Virus record (IMG/VR): IMGVR_UViG_3300009370_001221
Span: 124,001 to 188,000 of that record
Length of the DNA: 64,000 nt
Reading direction: 5' to 3' (one strand)
Shown here: piece by piece, positions 39,721 through 49,864 of the stretch
Layout: each line of letters opens with the position of its first letter
How positions within the stretch are numbered: the first letter of the stretch is position 1
Program-made: the position numbers and the translations under genes
Notes under the pieces: model-generated
Told to the model about the DNA's origin: nothing
What the model saw: only the letters and a program-made list of their open reading frames with translations
Databases searched by the model: none

Positions 39721-41049
39721 ATGGATAAAGGTTACCTTAACAAAGATACACCATTCAATACCACTACACTGTTATTGGATCGTAATAAACAATCGTTGCC
39801 TAATAGCTTCTTTACTATAGAAGAACGTGACTTATTATGTAATAGTGATGTATTCTGTATGCTACCGTGGATCCATATACACGGATGGTCCGATGGTAAT
39901 GCTTACCCGTGCTGTATGGCAGAGCCTAATGAACCTATAGGTAATCTTAGAGATTATACACTCGAAGAAGTATGGAACAATGCCTCCTATAGGACTATGC
40001 GACACAATATGCTCAATGGCATACCGTGTAAGGAGTGTAATAAGTGTTATGAGAAGGAGCGTAATGGGTTTTATTCATTACGTAATGAGAGTAATAGAAA
40101 TTTCGCATATAGTATAAAGGATATCACCACCACTCCTGATGGTTCATCACCAGTTAATCCAATCTATTGGGATGTTCGCTTTACCAATATGTGTAACTTT
40201 AAGTGTAGGATGTGTGGGCCACAGTTTAGTTCTAATTGGGTAAACGAGTATAACAGTATGTATGGGCAATCGGATATAGAGAAAATAAGTTATACGAGAG
40301 GTAATAAGCAATTAAACTGGGAAATGATAGAGCCATATATAGACAATCTCCATAAGATATACTGGGCAGGAGGTGAGCCTTTAATGATGGAAGAACATTG
40401 GCGTATAATGGATGAATTGATTAAGCGAGATAAGTTAGATGTATCGTTAGTATACAATACTAACTTTAGCGAAGTCAAGTATAAGGGGCGTTCAGTATTC
40501 GATATGTGGAGATTATTCGATGATGTCAGTATAGGAGCATCGTTAGATGGAATGGGTGATAGAGCAGAGTATATACGTAAGGGAACGGTGTGGGATACTA
40601 TAGTAAGGAATCGTTACGACATGCTCGATGTGTGCCCAGACGTAGACTTTTTTCCCAGTGCCACATTGCAGGTATTAAACGCATACCACCTACCAGACTT
40701 TCATAACGATTGGGTAGAGCGCGGCCTTATAGGCGTATACGACTTTCATGTAAACATTCTCCAAGGGCCCGACTATTATAGACTCAGTATACTACCCGAC
40801 TATATGAAGGAAGAAGTTAAGTCACTATACGAAGAACACATAAGTAGTATAGCAGATGCCGACGACATTAAGCGAGCCACCAATGGTTTCGAGAGTGCAA
40901 TCAACTTTATGTATAGTGAAGATAGAACGGATCTTATACCAGAGTTCCGTAAAGAAATTACCAAGTATGATAACCACCGTAATGAAGATTTTCAAACGGT
41001 ATTCCCAGAGTTGATACCACTATTCAAAACCTTCCCGGAGAGGTCTTAA
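39721..41049 (+). CDS. Radical SAM protein with N-terminal SPASM domain (#4)
   Basis: FCMLPWIH...DGNAYPCC...ECNKCY, CNFKCRMC, AGGEP. Confidence 0.9.
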   Translation: MDKGYLNKDTPFNTTTLLLDRNKQSLPNSFFTIEERDLLCNSDVFCMLPWIHIHGWSDGNAYPCCMAEPNEPIGNLRDYTLEEVWNNASYRTMRHNMLNGIPCKECNKCYEKERNGFYSLRNESNRNFAYSIKDITTTPDGSSPVNPIYWDVRFTNMCNFKCRMCGPQFSSNWVNEYNSMYGQSDIEKISYTRGNKQLNWEMIEPYIDNLHKIYWAGGEPLMMEEHWRIMDELIKRDKLDVSLVYNTNFSEVKYKGRSVFDMWRLFDDVSIGASLDGMGDRAEYIRKGTVWDTIVRNRYDMLDVCPDVDFFPSATLQVLNAYHLPDFHNDWVERGLIGVYDFHVNILQGPDYYRLSILPDYMKEEVKSLYEEHISSIADADDIKRATNGFESAINFMYSEDRTDLIPEFRKEITKYDNHRNEDFQTVFPELIPLFKTFPERS

Positions 41050-41071
41050 TAGACAGGGCCCTAGAATAACG

Positions 41072-42316
41072 ATGGACTATAATGATAAAAAGCCACTAAA
41101 GATTGATTGGAATGATCTTTCACTATACCAACAATTGGTATTAGAAGAAAACCCATCATTCTGTATGTATCCTTGGACACATTTACACGCATACCCAGAT
41201 AGTTCTGTTCATCTATGCTGTATGAGTGAGATGGATATGCCAGTCGGTAATCTAAATGATAACACGCTGGAGGAAATTTGGCATAGCGAACATATGGTGA
41301 ATATACGTAATAGAATGATTGATGGACTACACAATCCAGAATGCGTCAAGTGTTATGAACAAGATAAGAATGGCTTTATGAGCGGCCGGGTATCAGCGAA
41401 TAAACATTTCGGACACCATATAGCAAAGGCCAATAGTATAGAACCAGACTATGAGATAATATACTGGGATGTTCGGTTTAGCAACCTATGCAATTTTCGC
41501 TGTCGAACGTGTGGTCCCCTGTTTTCAAGCAATTGGTATCAGGATTATGTTAAATTACACCAAAATTCCCCTACAAATAGTAAGGTTATTACGTGTAATC
41601 TGGATATCGAAGAGTGTATCAGGCATATACCATACGTAGAACAGATATATTTCGCTGGTGGAGAACCCCTAATGATGGCCGCACATTGGGAGATTATTGC
41701 CGAATTACTAAAGCAAAATAGAACCGACGTTAAGTTAATATACAATACCAATTTTTCGCAACTCAAATATAAGCAATTGAGTATACTGGATATGTGGAAA
41801 GAGTTTGACTCCGTTAGTATAGGTGCTTCATTAGACGGTTCGGGTATGCGAGGAGAGTATATAAGGAAAGAAACTGTATGGAAAGATATAGTCGATAATA
41901 GAGAACAGATGTTACGAGTATGCCCAAACGTTGATTTCTATATAAGTTGCACGTTGAGTATACTGAATTCGTATCATATGCCAGACTTTCATAAAGAATG
42001 GATCAACTATGGCCTAATAGGAGCACCTGACTTTAACGTGAATATACTAATGAATCCTCCGCATTACCGTATAGACAATTTACCAATGCCAGATAAGGAG
42101 GCGGTAATAGAAAAATACAAACGACATATCGACTATCTTAGTCCAATCGATCCTCTCCAACGTGCAACCAATGGTTTTCAAAGTGCAATTAACTTTATTG
42201 AACAACCGAGCAATGCTAGACTATTCTTAGAGTTTATGGCACTCACCGCTAAAATGGATAAGATTCGTTCTGAGTCGTTTAATGAAACCTTTCCGGAGTT
42301 TAGTTTTGTCAATTAA
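41072..42316 (+). CDS. Radical SAM protein with N-terminal SPASM domain (#5)
   Basis: FCMYPWTH...HLCC...ECVKCY, CNFRCRTC, AGGEP. Confidence 0.9.
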   Translation: MDYNDKKPLKIDWNDLSLYQQLVLEENPSFCMYPWTHLHAYPDSSVHLCCMSEMDMPVGNLNDNTLEEIWHSEHMVNIRNRMIDGLHNPECVKCYEQDKNGFMSGRVSANKHFGHHIAKANSIEPDYEIIYWDVRFSNLCNFRCRTCGPLFSSNWYQDYVKLHQNSPTNSKVITCNLDIEECIRHIPYVEQIYFAGGEPLMMAAHWEIIAELLKQNRTDVKLIYNTNFSQLKYKQLSILDMWKEFDSVSIGASLDGSGMRGEYIRKETVWKDIVDNREQMLRVCPNVDFYISCTLSILNSYHMPDFHKEWINYGLIGAPDFNVNILMNPPHYRIDNLPMPDKEAVIEKYKRHIDYLSPIDPLQRATNGFQSAINFIEQPSNARLFLEFMALTAKMDKIRSESFNETFPEFSFVN

Positions 42317-43667
42317 GGATGATCTCAACCGTGTTCGAAACCCTGCGTTCAAAGCAATTCCTACTCTGTGTTACTTACCGTTTATTCATTTAGAAGCGTC
42401 TGCAATTGGGGACGTAAAGCCTTGTTGTATGACGGAAGGTCCTGTCCTGGATGAAGATCGTAATCCTTATAACTTATCAACTTGTACTCTGAAGGAGGCG
42501 TTTAACTCTCAGCATATGAAACAAATGAGGGCAGACTTTCTGCAAGGTAAAAAGCCTTCTAACTGTAAGAAGTGTTGGGATGAAGAGTCTCAAGGAATAA
42601 CTTCTAAACGTTTAATTTGGGCAGAGCAATTCAGTTTAAAATACCCAGAGTTGGACTACGTTTTTACAAATGAAGTCAATGACTCGAACCTGGTTTATTT
42701 AGACTTAAAACTAGGAACCATTTGCAACTTAAAGTGTCGTATTTGTGGGCCGATGAGTAGTTCAAAGTGGGCGCAGGATGAAATAGATGTCGCTGTTCAG
42801 TTTGAAGGTGTTCAAAAGAGTGAAATAAAGGACTTAAAAGCGTACCAGTGGCAAAAGCAAGGGCAGTGGCCTCGAACAAACGATCGCTTCTGGCGCAACT
42901 TGGAAGAGATTCTGCCGGGAGTGGTTCATTTAGAGTTTACTGGAGGAGAGCCTTGGTTAATTAACGAGCACTTTGAGTTGTTAGAGCAGGCCGTTCGGGA
43001 TGGTTTTGCAGGTCGCATCTACCTTCATTACAACACAAATGGTACGCAGTTGCCTCTCCATGCTTTGGAAAACATTTGGCCTCATTTCAAAGGGGTCAAG
43101 GCTTCCTTTTCTGTGGATGACGTTGGGGAGAAGTTTGAGTACCAACGGTCTGGCGCCAAGTGGGACGAGGTTAATTACAACATTAATTACTTGTGTGCAA
43201 ATAAATTAGAAAATATGGAGACTGAGATTTGTACCACCCTGTCTTTGTTTAATATTGCGTCTCTAATTCATCTCCAGCAGTGGATCAGGGACATTGAAAA
43301 CTTAGACACTTGGTACCTTAATCTCATGCACCAGCCAGAGCACTTTAACATTTCAATTCTACCCGATTGGGCCAAGGACGAGATTGCTTACGGACTCCTC
43401 CATTACAATTGGAACGCGGTTGACAGGCTCACTGCGTTTAAACACCGGGATGAGTTCTTGAAGGTAATTAAAAGTATTGTAGAGTACATGTATTACCATG
43501 AAGTCAGTGACTTGGAGCATGAACGTGCGTATTTGCATGACGTAATTTACAAAATAGACGCGATTCGGGGGCAGAAACTCGTGGAGGTCGACCCCAGATT
43601 GTGCGAATTTCTGGGTTACAGGCACCAAGGGCAGAAAGAAAAATGGAAAGCAAAAAACCAACCGTAA
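42282..43667 (+). CDS. Radical SAM protein with N-terminal SPASM domain (#6)
   Basis: LCYLPFIH...KPCC...NCKKCW, CNLKCRIC, TGGEP. Confidence 0.9.
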   Translation: MKPFRSLVLSIKDDLNRVRNPAFKAIPTLCYLPFIHLEASAIGDVKPCCMTEGPVLDEDRNPYNLSTCTLKEAFNSQHMKQMRADFLQGKKPSNCKKCWDEESQGITSKRLIWAEQFSLKYPELDYVFTNEVNDSNLVYLDLKLGTICNLKCRICGPMSSSKWAQDEIDVAVQFEGVQKSEIKDLKAYQWQKQGQWPRTNDRFWRNLEEILPGVVHLEFTGGEPWLINEHFELLEQAVRDGFAGRIYLHYNTNGTQLPLHALENIWPHFKGVKASFSVDDVGEKFEYQRSGAKWDEVNYNINYLCANKLENMETEICTTLSLFNIASLIHLQQWIRDIENLDTWYLNLMHQPEHFNISILPDWAKDEIAYGLLHYNWNAVDRLTAFKHRDEFLKVIKSIVEYMYYHEVSDLEHERAYLHDVIYKIDAIRGQKLVEVDPRLCEFLGYRHQGQKEKWKAKNQP

Positions 43668-44959
43668 AACCAAAATCGCTCTGTCTTGCCCCTTTCGTGC
43701 ATACCTACATTTCACCACAGTCCGAAAGACGCTTATGTTGTGCGTCTAGAGAGCCGGCCAACGCTTTTAAGCAGTATATCGACACTGATTCTGGCTCTGG
43801 AACGTATAAACCAATGACATTAGAGCAACATTGGAACAGTGACCACATGAAAAGAGTAAGAAAGGCGCACATGAACGGTGACATCATACCCGAATGCCAA
43901 GTGTGTAATGAGAAATTACTCAATACCGACGTATACCGGGACTACTTTTGGCATTTGTTTAAAGAAAAATACAATGACATATGGGAAAAAACGGATGACA
44001 CGGGTTATACTACCATGAAACCTGTCAGCTGGGACTACCGATTTAGTAATTTGTGTAACTTTAAGTGCCGAATGTGTGGTGACATGTTAAGTAGTGCGTG
44101 GGAATCGGAAGAAAAAGTCAATGACATGGTAGATTACAATGACATTTCTAATAATTGGATGCGACCGGACGTAAGAAAAAAGATAAGTGAGTTCCAAAGT
44201 AGTGTAGTTGAGCAAGAATTTAGTGACGCAGTTAATGACCACCGTGTGGAAGAGATATATTGGGTAGGTGGAGAGCCATTAATGATGGAAGAACACTGGC
44301 GTTACATGAAAAAAATTATAGAACTAGGTGACGGAGCAAAAGTTTATGCAAGATACAACACAAACCTGTCAAGAATTGAGTACAAGGGATGTCATTTGTT
44401 TAAAGACATCCTTGACAACATAAGAGATTGGCAAATTTGTGCGTCAATTGACGGAACTAATGTCATTGGTGAGTACATTAGGGATGGTTTACACTATGAC
44501 ACGTGGTTGGAATACTACAAATTAGGAATGGAACACCAAAAAACTCCAAACCAAATGCGTTTGGACTTCACTTTAACCCTTCCGGGCCTTTACGAAGTAA
44601 AAAATATGTTTGACTTGAGTAAAGAATTGGATACTCCACTGTTGGCCAAGGTGACATTTGCATTTACCCCTGACATAATCATGTCTCCCATGTCATTACC
44701 TAGGGGAATACTAAATAGTTTTATAGACGAACTGTTAGAATATTGTCAACCTTATACATGGAAGCAAAAACCTTTAATAGATGTCCTAGAGAACATGAAA
44801 AATCGACCCAACTTCGAGGAACAATGGCCCGAAGAATACGTAAAGGGTGCAAAGGGTGGCAAGAAAAGAGTATTAAGAATAGAAAAAATACGAAACGATA
44901 AAGTTCGTTTAGAAGATATACTTAAGGATCAATTATTATCATGGTGGGAGGCATTATGA
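43643..44959 (+). CDS. Radical SAM protein with N-terminal SPASM domain (#7)
   Basis: LCLAPFVH...RLCC...ECQVC, CNFKCRMC, VGGEP. ATG 43643 preferred over the track start 43601. Confidence 0.9.
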   Translation: MESKKPTVKPKSLCLAPFVHTYISPQSERRLCCASREPANAFKQYIDTDSGSGTYKPMTLEQHWNSDHMKRVRKAHMNGDIIPECQVCNEKLLNTDVYRDYFWHLFKEKYNDIWEKTDDTGYTTMKPVSWDYRFSNLCNFKCRMCGDMLSSAWESEEKVNDMVDYNDISNNWMRPDVRKKISEFQSSVVEQEFSDAVNDHRVEEIYWVGGEPLMMEEHWRYMKKIIELGDGAKVYARYNTNLSRIEYKGCHLFKDILDNIRDWQICASIDGTNVIGEYIRDGLHYDTWLEYYKLGMEHQKTPNQMRLDFTLTLPGLYEVKNMFDLSKELDTPLLAKVTFAFTPDIIMSPMSLPRGILNSFIDELLEYCQPYTWKQKPLIDVLENMKNRPNFEEQWPEEYVKGAKGGKKRVLRIEKIRNDKVRLEDILKDQLLSWWEAL

Positions 44960-46011
44960 ATCACGGAAAAAAGTTTGAGTATGTCTGGCTAGATGGTTAT
45001 ACGCCAGAACCTTCATTAAGAAGTAAAGTAAAAATTGATAACAACGCAGTAAGATGGTCATTTGATGGTTCATCAACGCAACAAGCGGAAGGTGGAAGTT
45101 CAGATTGTATTTTAAATCCTGTTTCACAGTATTATATGCTTGATAGAATTAGACCAGATGCAACAAGACGTATGACAGGCGAAGACATGAGTGCAACTTA
45201 TGTCATGTGTGAGGTTTTAGACTCAGAAAATAAAGCACATCCTAGTAATACACGTCACGCAGTTAAGAATGTTAGTGACGATTGGTGGTTTGGATTTGAA
45301 CAAGAGTACTTTATGTACCAGGATGGACGTCCATTAGGCTGGCCTAAAAAAGGAGAGCCAAGGGCACAAGGAGATTACTACTGTGGTGTAGGTAGTGACA
45401 ATGTTGTTGGTAGAGAAATTGTTGACCGACATACCGAAGCATGTATGAATGCAGAAATTGGCATTACAGGAACCAATGCAGAGGTTGCCTTAGGGCAATG
45501 GGAGTTCCAAGTTTTAGGAAAAGGAGTTAAAGCAGGCGATGACCTTTGGATGGCAAGATATATTTTAATTAAAATTGCTGAAAAACATGGCGTGTCAATT
45601 AACCTTGCACCTAAACCTGTAAAGGGTGACTGGAATGGCACAGGTATGCATACAAATTTCTCTAATAATAACATGAGAAGTTATGGAACGGAGCAATTAA
45701 TGACCAATATGTGTGAAGCATTAGGAAAGGTTCACGAAATTGGCATCAAAGAGTATGGTTCAGACAACGACCAACGTTTAACAGGGTTACATGAAACACA
45801 AAGCATAGATGAATTTAGTTATGGTGTTAGTGATCGCGGTGCAAGTATACGAATTCCAATTTATACTACACAAAATGATTGGCACGGTTACTTGGAAGAT
45901 AGGCGTCCAGCAGGTAATGCAGACCCGTATCGTATTATTAAACATATTACAGATACATGTGACGGTGTTACCAACGGTCAAAAGACTGGATCAATATACG
46001 ACGAAAGGTAA
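44956..46011 (+). CDS. glnII: Glutamine synthetase type II
   Basis: [80 protein letters not shown]. Confidence 0.92.
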   Translation: MNHGKKFEYVWLDGYTPEPSLRSKVKIDNNAVRWSFDGSSTQQAEGGSSDCILNPVSQYYMLDRIRPDATRRMTGEDMSATYVMCEVLDSENKAHPSNTRHAVKNVSDDWWFGFEQEYFMYQDGRPLGWPKKGEPRAQGDYYCGVGSDNVVGREIVDRHTEACMNAEIGITGTNAEVALGQWEFQVLGKGVKAGDDLWMARYILIKIAEKHGVSINLAPKPVKGDWNGTGMHTNFSNNNMRSYGTEQLMTNMCEALGKVHEIGIKEYGSDNDQRLTGLHETQSIDEFSYGVSDRGASIRIPIYTTQNDWHGYLEDRRPAGNADPYRIIKHITDTCDGVTNGQKTGSIYDER

Positions 46012-46022
46012 AGGAAGGTGAC

Positions 46023-46238
46023 ATGAAGAAAGATATACATCCAAAGTATGAAGTAATAAAAGTAAAGTGCCATTGTGGCAATGAATTCGAAACCAGGTCC
46101 ACCTTATGTAAAGATTTATACGTGGAAGTATGCTCTAATTGTCACCCTTTCTATACAGGTGGAGCAGGCAAAGTAAAAGTTGAGGGACGAGTAAGTAAGT
46201 TCCAAGAAAAGTATGGAAGAAAGGACATAAAAAAATGA
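46023..46238 (+). CDS. rpmE: 50S ribosomal protein bL31 (Zn-ribbon, type A)
   Basis: MKKDIHPKY...CHCG...[12 protein letters not shown]...[20 protein letters not shown]. Confidence 0.95.
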   Translation: MKKDIHPKYEVIKVKCHCGNEFETRSTLCKDLYVEVCSNCHPFYTGGAGKVKVEGRVSKFQEKYGRKDIKK

Positions 46239-46966
46239 AATACGTTAAGAATAATATGTTATACGAAGGTAAAGCAAAGAAGATTTGGTCAATCGAAGGG
46301 TTGCAATTTCGTAATCAAGTCATTATGTACTTTAAAGATGATGCTACTGCGTTTAACGCGGAAAAGAAAAGCGAGTTTGATGGCAAAGGTGAACTTAATT
46401 GTTGGATTAGTGACGTACTTTTACGTGCAATGGAACATTTAGGTGTACCGACACACTATGTAGAGAAGATTAGTGACAGAGAAATTGTTGCTGATCACGT
46501 GGCTATAATTCCTATAGAGGTAATTGTACGTAATGTTGCCGCAGGAACATTTTGTAAACGTTATGGTTTAGAAAATGGAACTAAACTTAATCATGCTATT
46601 GTAGAGTATTGTGTTAAAGATGATGATTTAGGTGATCCACCTATAGCATGGGAGGCAATTACAGCATTAGAACCTTCTCGTGAAAAAGAATTAAAAGCAA
46701 TGACTGCAATGACTAGAGATGTTAATAAGTATCTCAAGGCAATTTTTTACACTTTGGGATTAGTGCTAGTAGATTTCAAGTTAGAATTTGGAATTAACCA
46801 ATATGGTGACATAGTTTTAGCAGATGAAATTTGTCCTGACACAATGCGTCTATGGGATGTTAATACAATGCAGTCCTTTGACAAAGATTTGTTTAGGTTT
46901 GACAAAGGTGACTTGTTAGCAGGATACAAGGAAGTTAAAAGGAGGCTAGAAGCATGGCAGGATTAG
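46235..46966 (+). CDS. purC: SAICAR synthetase
   Basis: [59 protein letters not shown]. Confidence 0.95.
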   Translation: MKYVKNNMLYEGKAKKIWSIEGLQFRNQVIMYFKDDATAFNAEKKSEFDGKGELNCWISDVLLRAMEHLGVPTHYVEKISDREIVADHVAIIPIEVIVRNVAAGTFCKRYGLENGTKLNHAIVEYCVKDDDLGDPPIAWEAITALEPSREKELKAMTAMTRDVNKYLKAIFYTLGLVLVDFKLEFGINQYGDIVLADEICPDTMRLWDVNTMQSFDKDLFRFDKGDLLAGYKEVKRRLEAWQD

Positions 46967-47364
46967 TAGGAATTATCATGGGAAGTCCATCCGATAGTGA
47001 ATGCATGAACAACTGTGTTGATATTTTAGAGGAGGAAGATATACCCTTTGACTATATTGTAGCATCAGCACACAGAGATCCGGAGAAAGTTAAACAATGG
47101 GTAGAAGAAGCAGAAGAAAGAGGCAACAGAATAATTATTGCCGCCGCTGGTATGGCGGCCGCATTGCCTGGCGTATGCGCCGCATACACAAGTCTGCCAG
47201 TTATTGGCGTACCCATGTCGTCCGAACTAAATGGCATGGATAGTTTGTTAAGTATTTCACAAATGCCAAAGGGTGTACCAGTTGCATGTATGTCTATTGG
47301 CAAAGCAGGTGCAATAAATGCCGCGTATTTGTCAAAACGAATACTAGATTTACTAGATGCTTAA
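46954..47364 (+). CDS. purE: N5-CAIR mutase (AIR carboxylase catalytic subunit)
   Basis: IIMGSPSD, ASAHRDP, IAAAGMAAALPGVCAA, PVIGVP, DSLLSISQMPKGVPVA. Confidence 0.95.
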   Translation: MAGLVGIIMGSPSDSECMNNCVDILEEEDIPFDYIVASAHRDPEKVKQWVEEAEERGNRIIIAAAGMAAALPGVCAAYTSLPVIGVPMSSELNGMDSLLSISQMPKGVPVACMSIGKAGAINAAYLSKRILDLLDA

Positions 47365-47797
47365 AGATAAAATTACGCAAGACATGAAGGACGCAATGCG
47401 TTCAAAGGACAAGCAAAGGTTGGAAGCAATCCGTTTGCTACGTGCCGCTATTCAAAGACGTGAAGTTGATGATCGTGCTGAGTTAGACGAAGCAGGAGTA
47501 ATAAGTGTCATTGAAAAAATGGTAAAACAAGGCAAAGACTCCATTGAACAATTTGCAAAGGGTAATAGGCAAGACCTTGTTGCTAAAGAAGAGTCTACTT
47601 TGGTAGTAATAGAGGAATATTTGCCTAAACAATTAAGCGAAGCAGAAGTAGATGCGTTAATAGACGAAGCCTTTAAGGAAACTGGCGCAAAAACAATTAA
47701 AGAGATGGGTAAAGTAATGGGTTGGATAAAACCCAAAGGGCAAGGAAAGGTAGACATGGGTGCTGTTAGTGCTAAAATTAAAAAAAGGTTAACATGA
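47357..47797 (+). CDS. yqeY: GatB/YqeY domain protein
   Basis: DMKDAMRSKD...SIEQFAKGNRQDLVAKE...YLPKQLSEAEV...MGKVMG. Confidence 0.92.
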   Translation: MLKDKITQDMKDAMRSKDKQRLEAIRLLRAAIQRREVDDRAELDEAGVISVIEKMVKQGKDSIEQFAKGNRQDLVAKEESTLVVIEEYLPKQLSEAEVDALIDEAFKETGAKTIKEMGKVMGWIKPKGQGKVDMGAVSAKIKKRLT

Positions 47798-48900
47798 AAA
47801 TACTTGATAAACTAACAATGCGTTTACGTAGTGATGATTTTAGCACTATGGAAGTGTACATGGATGTTTATGACACACCTTTAGGACGTAAATGGTTAAC
47901 TGCACTAAACGACATACTTAATCAAAACTTAATACTAGAAAAAAACTATTGTTTCATGGGATTTATTTTTGGCCAAAGGGACGGTGAAGTAATTTTAAAT
48001 GAAATAAATCACGCAATTAAATTTATAAACGAACATAGTAATATAGATTATAAAATAGAAACAGATGAATACAATTTAGAAAATTGTTTACAGTATGGAG
48101 ATGTTGGTATAGACTTGCCTGGACTAATGGTTAATCATGAAAGGTTTAATTGGTTACACAGATGGTTTGAAGAATTGCAAGGACACGATACTGGTGACGT
48201 AAAAACATCAATGACGTATCATTATTGGAGAGCAGACAAAGAAACAAAATACTATATTAGGCAATTAAACTTATTATGTCACGAGTTTGAAACGTGGGCA
48301 TTAAGTAATCGTAAGTTAGTACAAGCACCAGAATGGATGCAAAAGTCGCAATTAATGTGTTGGCTAAACGCTCCTAGATTCAACTTAGATTCCGACGAGG
48401 ACTTTACGGAGTTTGGTGTCCACGCACTAACAAAAAACTTCGGCGGTGTATATGTAGGTGTTAATAAAGCAGTAGGCAAGACTCATTGGGAAGTATTTAA
48501 TGACGAAGGAGGTGAATCGGGCTCACTGGGAGAAATAACAACTGCTTTATACACACAAACTAAAGCCGCCGGCGATTTTGATATAAATTGGTCGCCTAAT
48601 GAACATTTTTCAGAGCATGAATGGAGAGAACGAAAAATAATTGAGTTTTGTGATTGGCTACGAAGTAATAATTTAGATCCAGATGATCCTTCATTAACAT
48701 TAGGGCACCCAAAGGTAGGACAAGTTGACTTAGAACGTTCTTTTAATACGGAGAATACTCCTATTGTTTGGTATGTTTTAAATAACTTTTTAGATGTACA
48801 AAGTTTAAAAACATCAGACGCATATGCAGAATGGAATTATCGTTGGTATGATGATAAATTTGTTAATATGTCAATAGAGGCCATGCCTGGTGTCTGTTAA
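47794..48900 (+). CDS. Hypothetical protein, His-containing motifs
   Basis: 368-aa coupled ORF with NWLHRWFEELQG and LNLLCHEFE motifs. No family recognised. Confidence 0.7.
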   Translation: MKILDKLTMRLRSDDFSTMEVYMDVYDTPLGRKWLTALNDILNQNLILEKNYCFMGFIFGQRDGEVILNEINHAIKFINEHSNIDYKIETDEYNLENCLQYGDVGIDLPGLMVNHERFNWLHRWFEELQGHDTGDVKTSMTYHYWRADKETKYYIRQLNLLCHEFETWALSNRKLVQAPEWMQKSQLMCWLNAPRFNLDSDEDFTEFGVHALTKNFGGVYVGVNKAVGKTHWEVFNDEGGESGSLGEITTALYTQTKAAGDFDINWSPNEHFSEHEWRERKIIEFCDWLRSNNLDPDDPSLTLGHPKVGQVDLERSFNTENTPIVWYVLNNFLDVQSLKTSDAYAEWNYRWYDDKFVNMSIEAMPGVC

Positions 48901-49864
48901 ATTAGTAATATCAGGTGGTGATAGTTTTACCTTTGGCAGTGAGTTGTCAGATATTGATGAAACTGGAAAGACGCTTGTCCAGCTAATGCCAAGTAAATTT
49001 TCCTGGGCAGATCTAGTAGCACAAAAATTAAAAGCAATACATATTAATACTGCTTGGCCTAGTCGAAGTAATAGTTTTATTACTAGGCATATCATACACG
49101 AAGTATCTAAAGCATTACACTACAATCAGAACATTAATTCCGGAATACTCGGACGGCCAGGCCGAATTCGTCCGTATAGACCTAATGAAATATTCGTTCA
49201 AGTAATGTGGACATATCTTGGAAGACACGAAGTTCTTGTTAATAATTTACTTCACGAGTATGATCGAGGAGGCAAAGCAGGCAAGCCTGGAACTGGTCCA
49301 ATATATTATGATAGACCGGATTCTCCATGGTTTAATGTAGATCCACATAGTGCTTTAGATGATGTTGATAATAAACTTATAGGGTTTGCAAATTATATAG
49401 AAGAGTATTATAAAGTTACTGGAGAGTTAACTGATCATTATATATCTCTTAAAGAAATTTTATTTTTACAAGAATTTTTAGAGAATAGAAACATTAAATA
49501 TATGTTTACGTATGTACACTCTGAGGTTATAGATCAACTTACTGGTATAGATGTAAAAAATGAATATACAACAGATTTAGATACACCTATAGATATTATT
49601 GATGAACTGCGTAGAGAAATAAAATTTGATGAGTGGTTTAGTTTTTCTTCTTGGGAAATGTTTGATAGAAAATCGTATGGTGGATTTAAACGCCCAGAAA
49701 AAGATTATATTGGTTTTTGGAATTGGGCAGCCGGATCACAACGCACAAGTCCAACAAAGAAGAGGAAAAAATATAAATTTGGTCCTGGAGGCCACCCATT
49801 AGAACAAGCACATATAGATGCGGCGGAGATAATATATGATCACATTAGTAATCTCTGGGGGTGA
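48890..49864 (+). CDS. SGNH/GDSL-like hydrolase or acyltransferase (#1)
   Basis: SGGDSFTFGSEL block I, SRSN block II, C-terminal GHPLEQAH. Confidence 0.65.
   Translation: MSVKLVISGGDSFTFGSELSDIDETGKTLVQLMPSKFSWADLVAQKLKAIHINTAWPSRSNSFITRHIIHEVSKALHYNQNINSGILGRPGRIRPYRPNEIFVQVMWTYLGRHEVLVNNLLHEYDRGGKAGKPGTGPIYYDRPDSPWFNVDPHSALDDVDNKLIGFANYIEEYYKVTGELTDHYISLKEILFLQEFLENRNIKYMFTYVHSEVIDQLTGIDVKNEYTTDLDTPIDIIDELRREIKFDEWFSFSSWEMFDRKSYGGFKRPEKDYIGFWNWAAGSQRTSPTKKRKKYKFGPGGHPLEQAHIDAAEIIYDHISNLWG

Noticed and set aside
41055-41062. 8-bp palindrome AGGGCCCT between radical SAM genes
   Set aside because: Single short occurrence with no T-tract and no second copy.
44956-47797. Host chromosomal contamination or prophage boundary
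   Set aside because: The genes overlap-couple directly to phage-type neighbours, the order is not a bacterial operon, and no att site or integrase is present. Read-level confirmation is still advisable.
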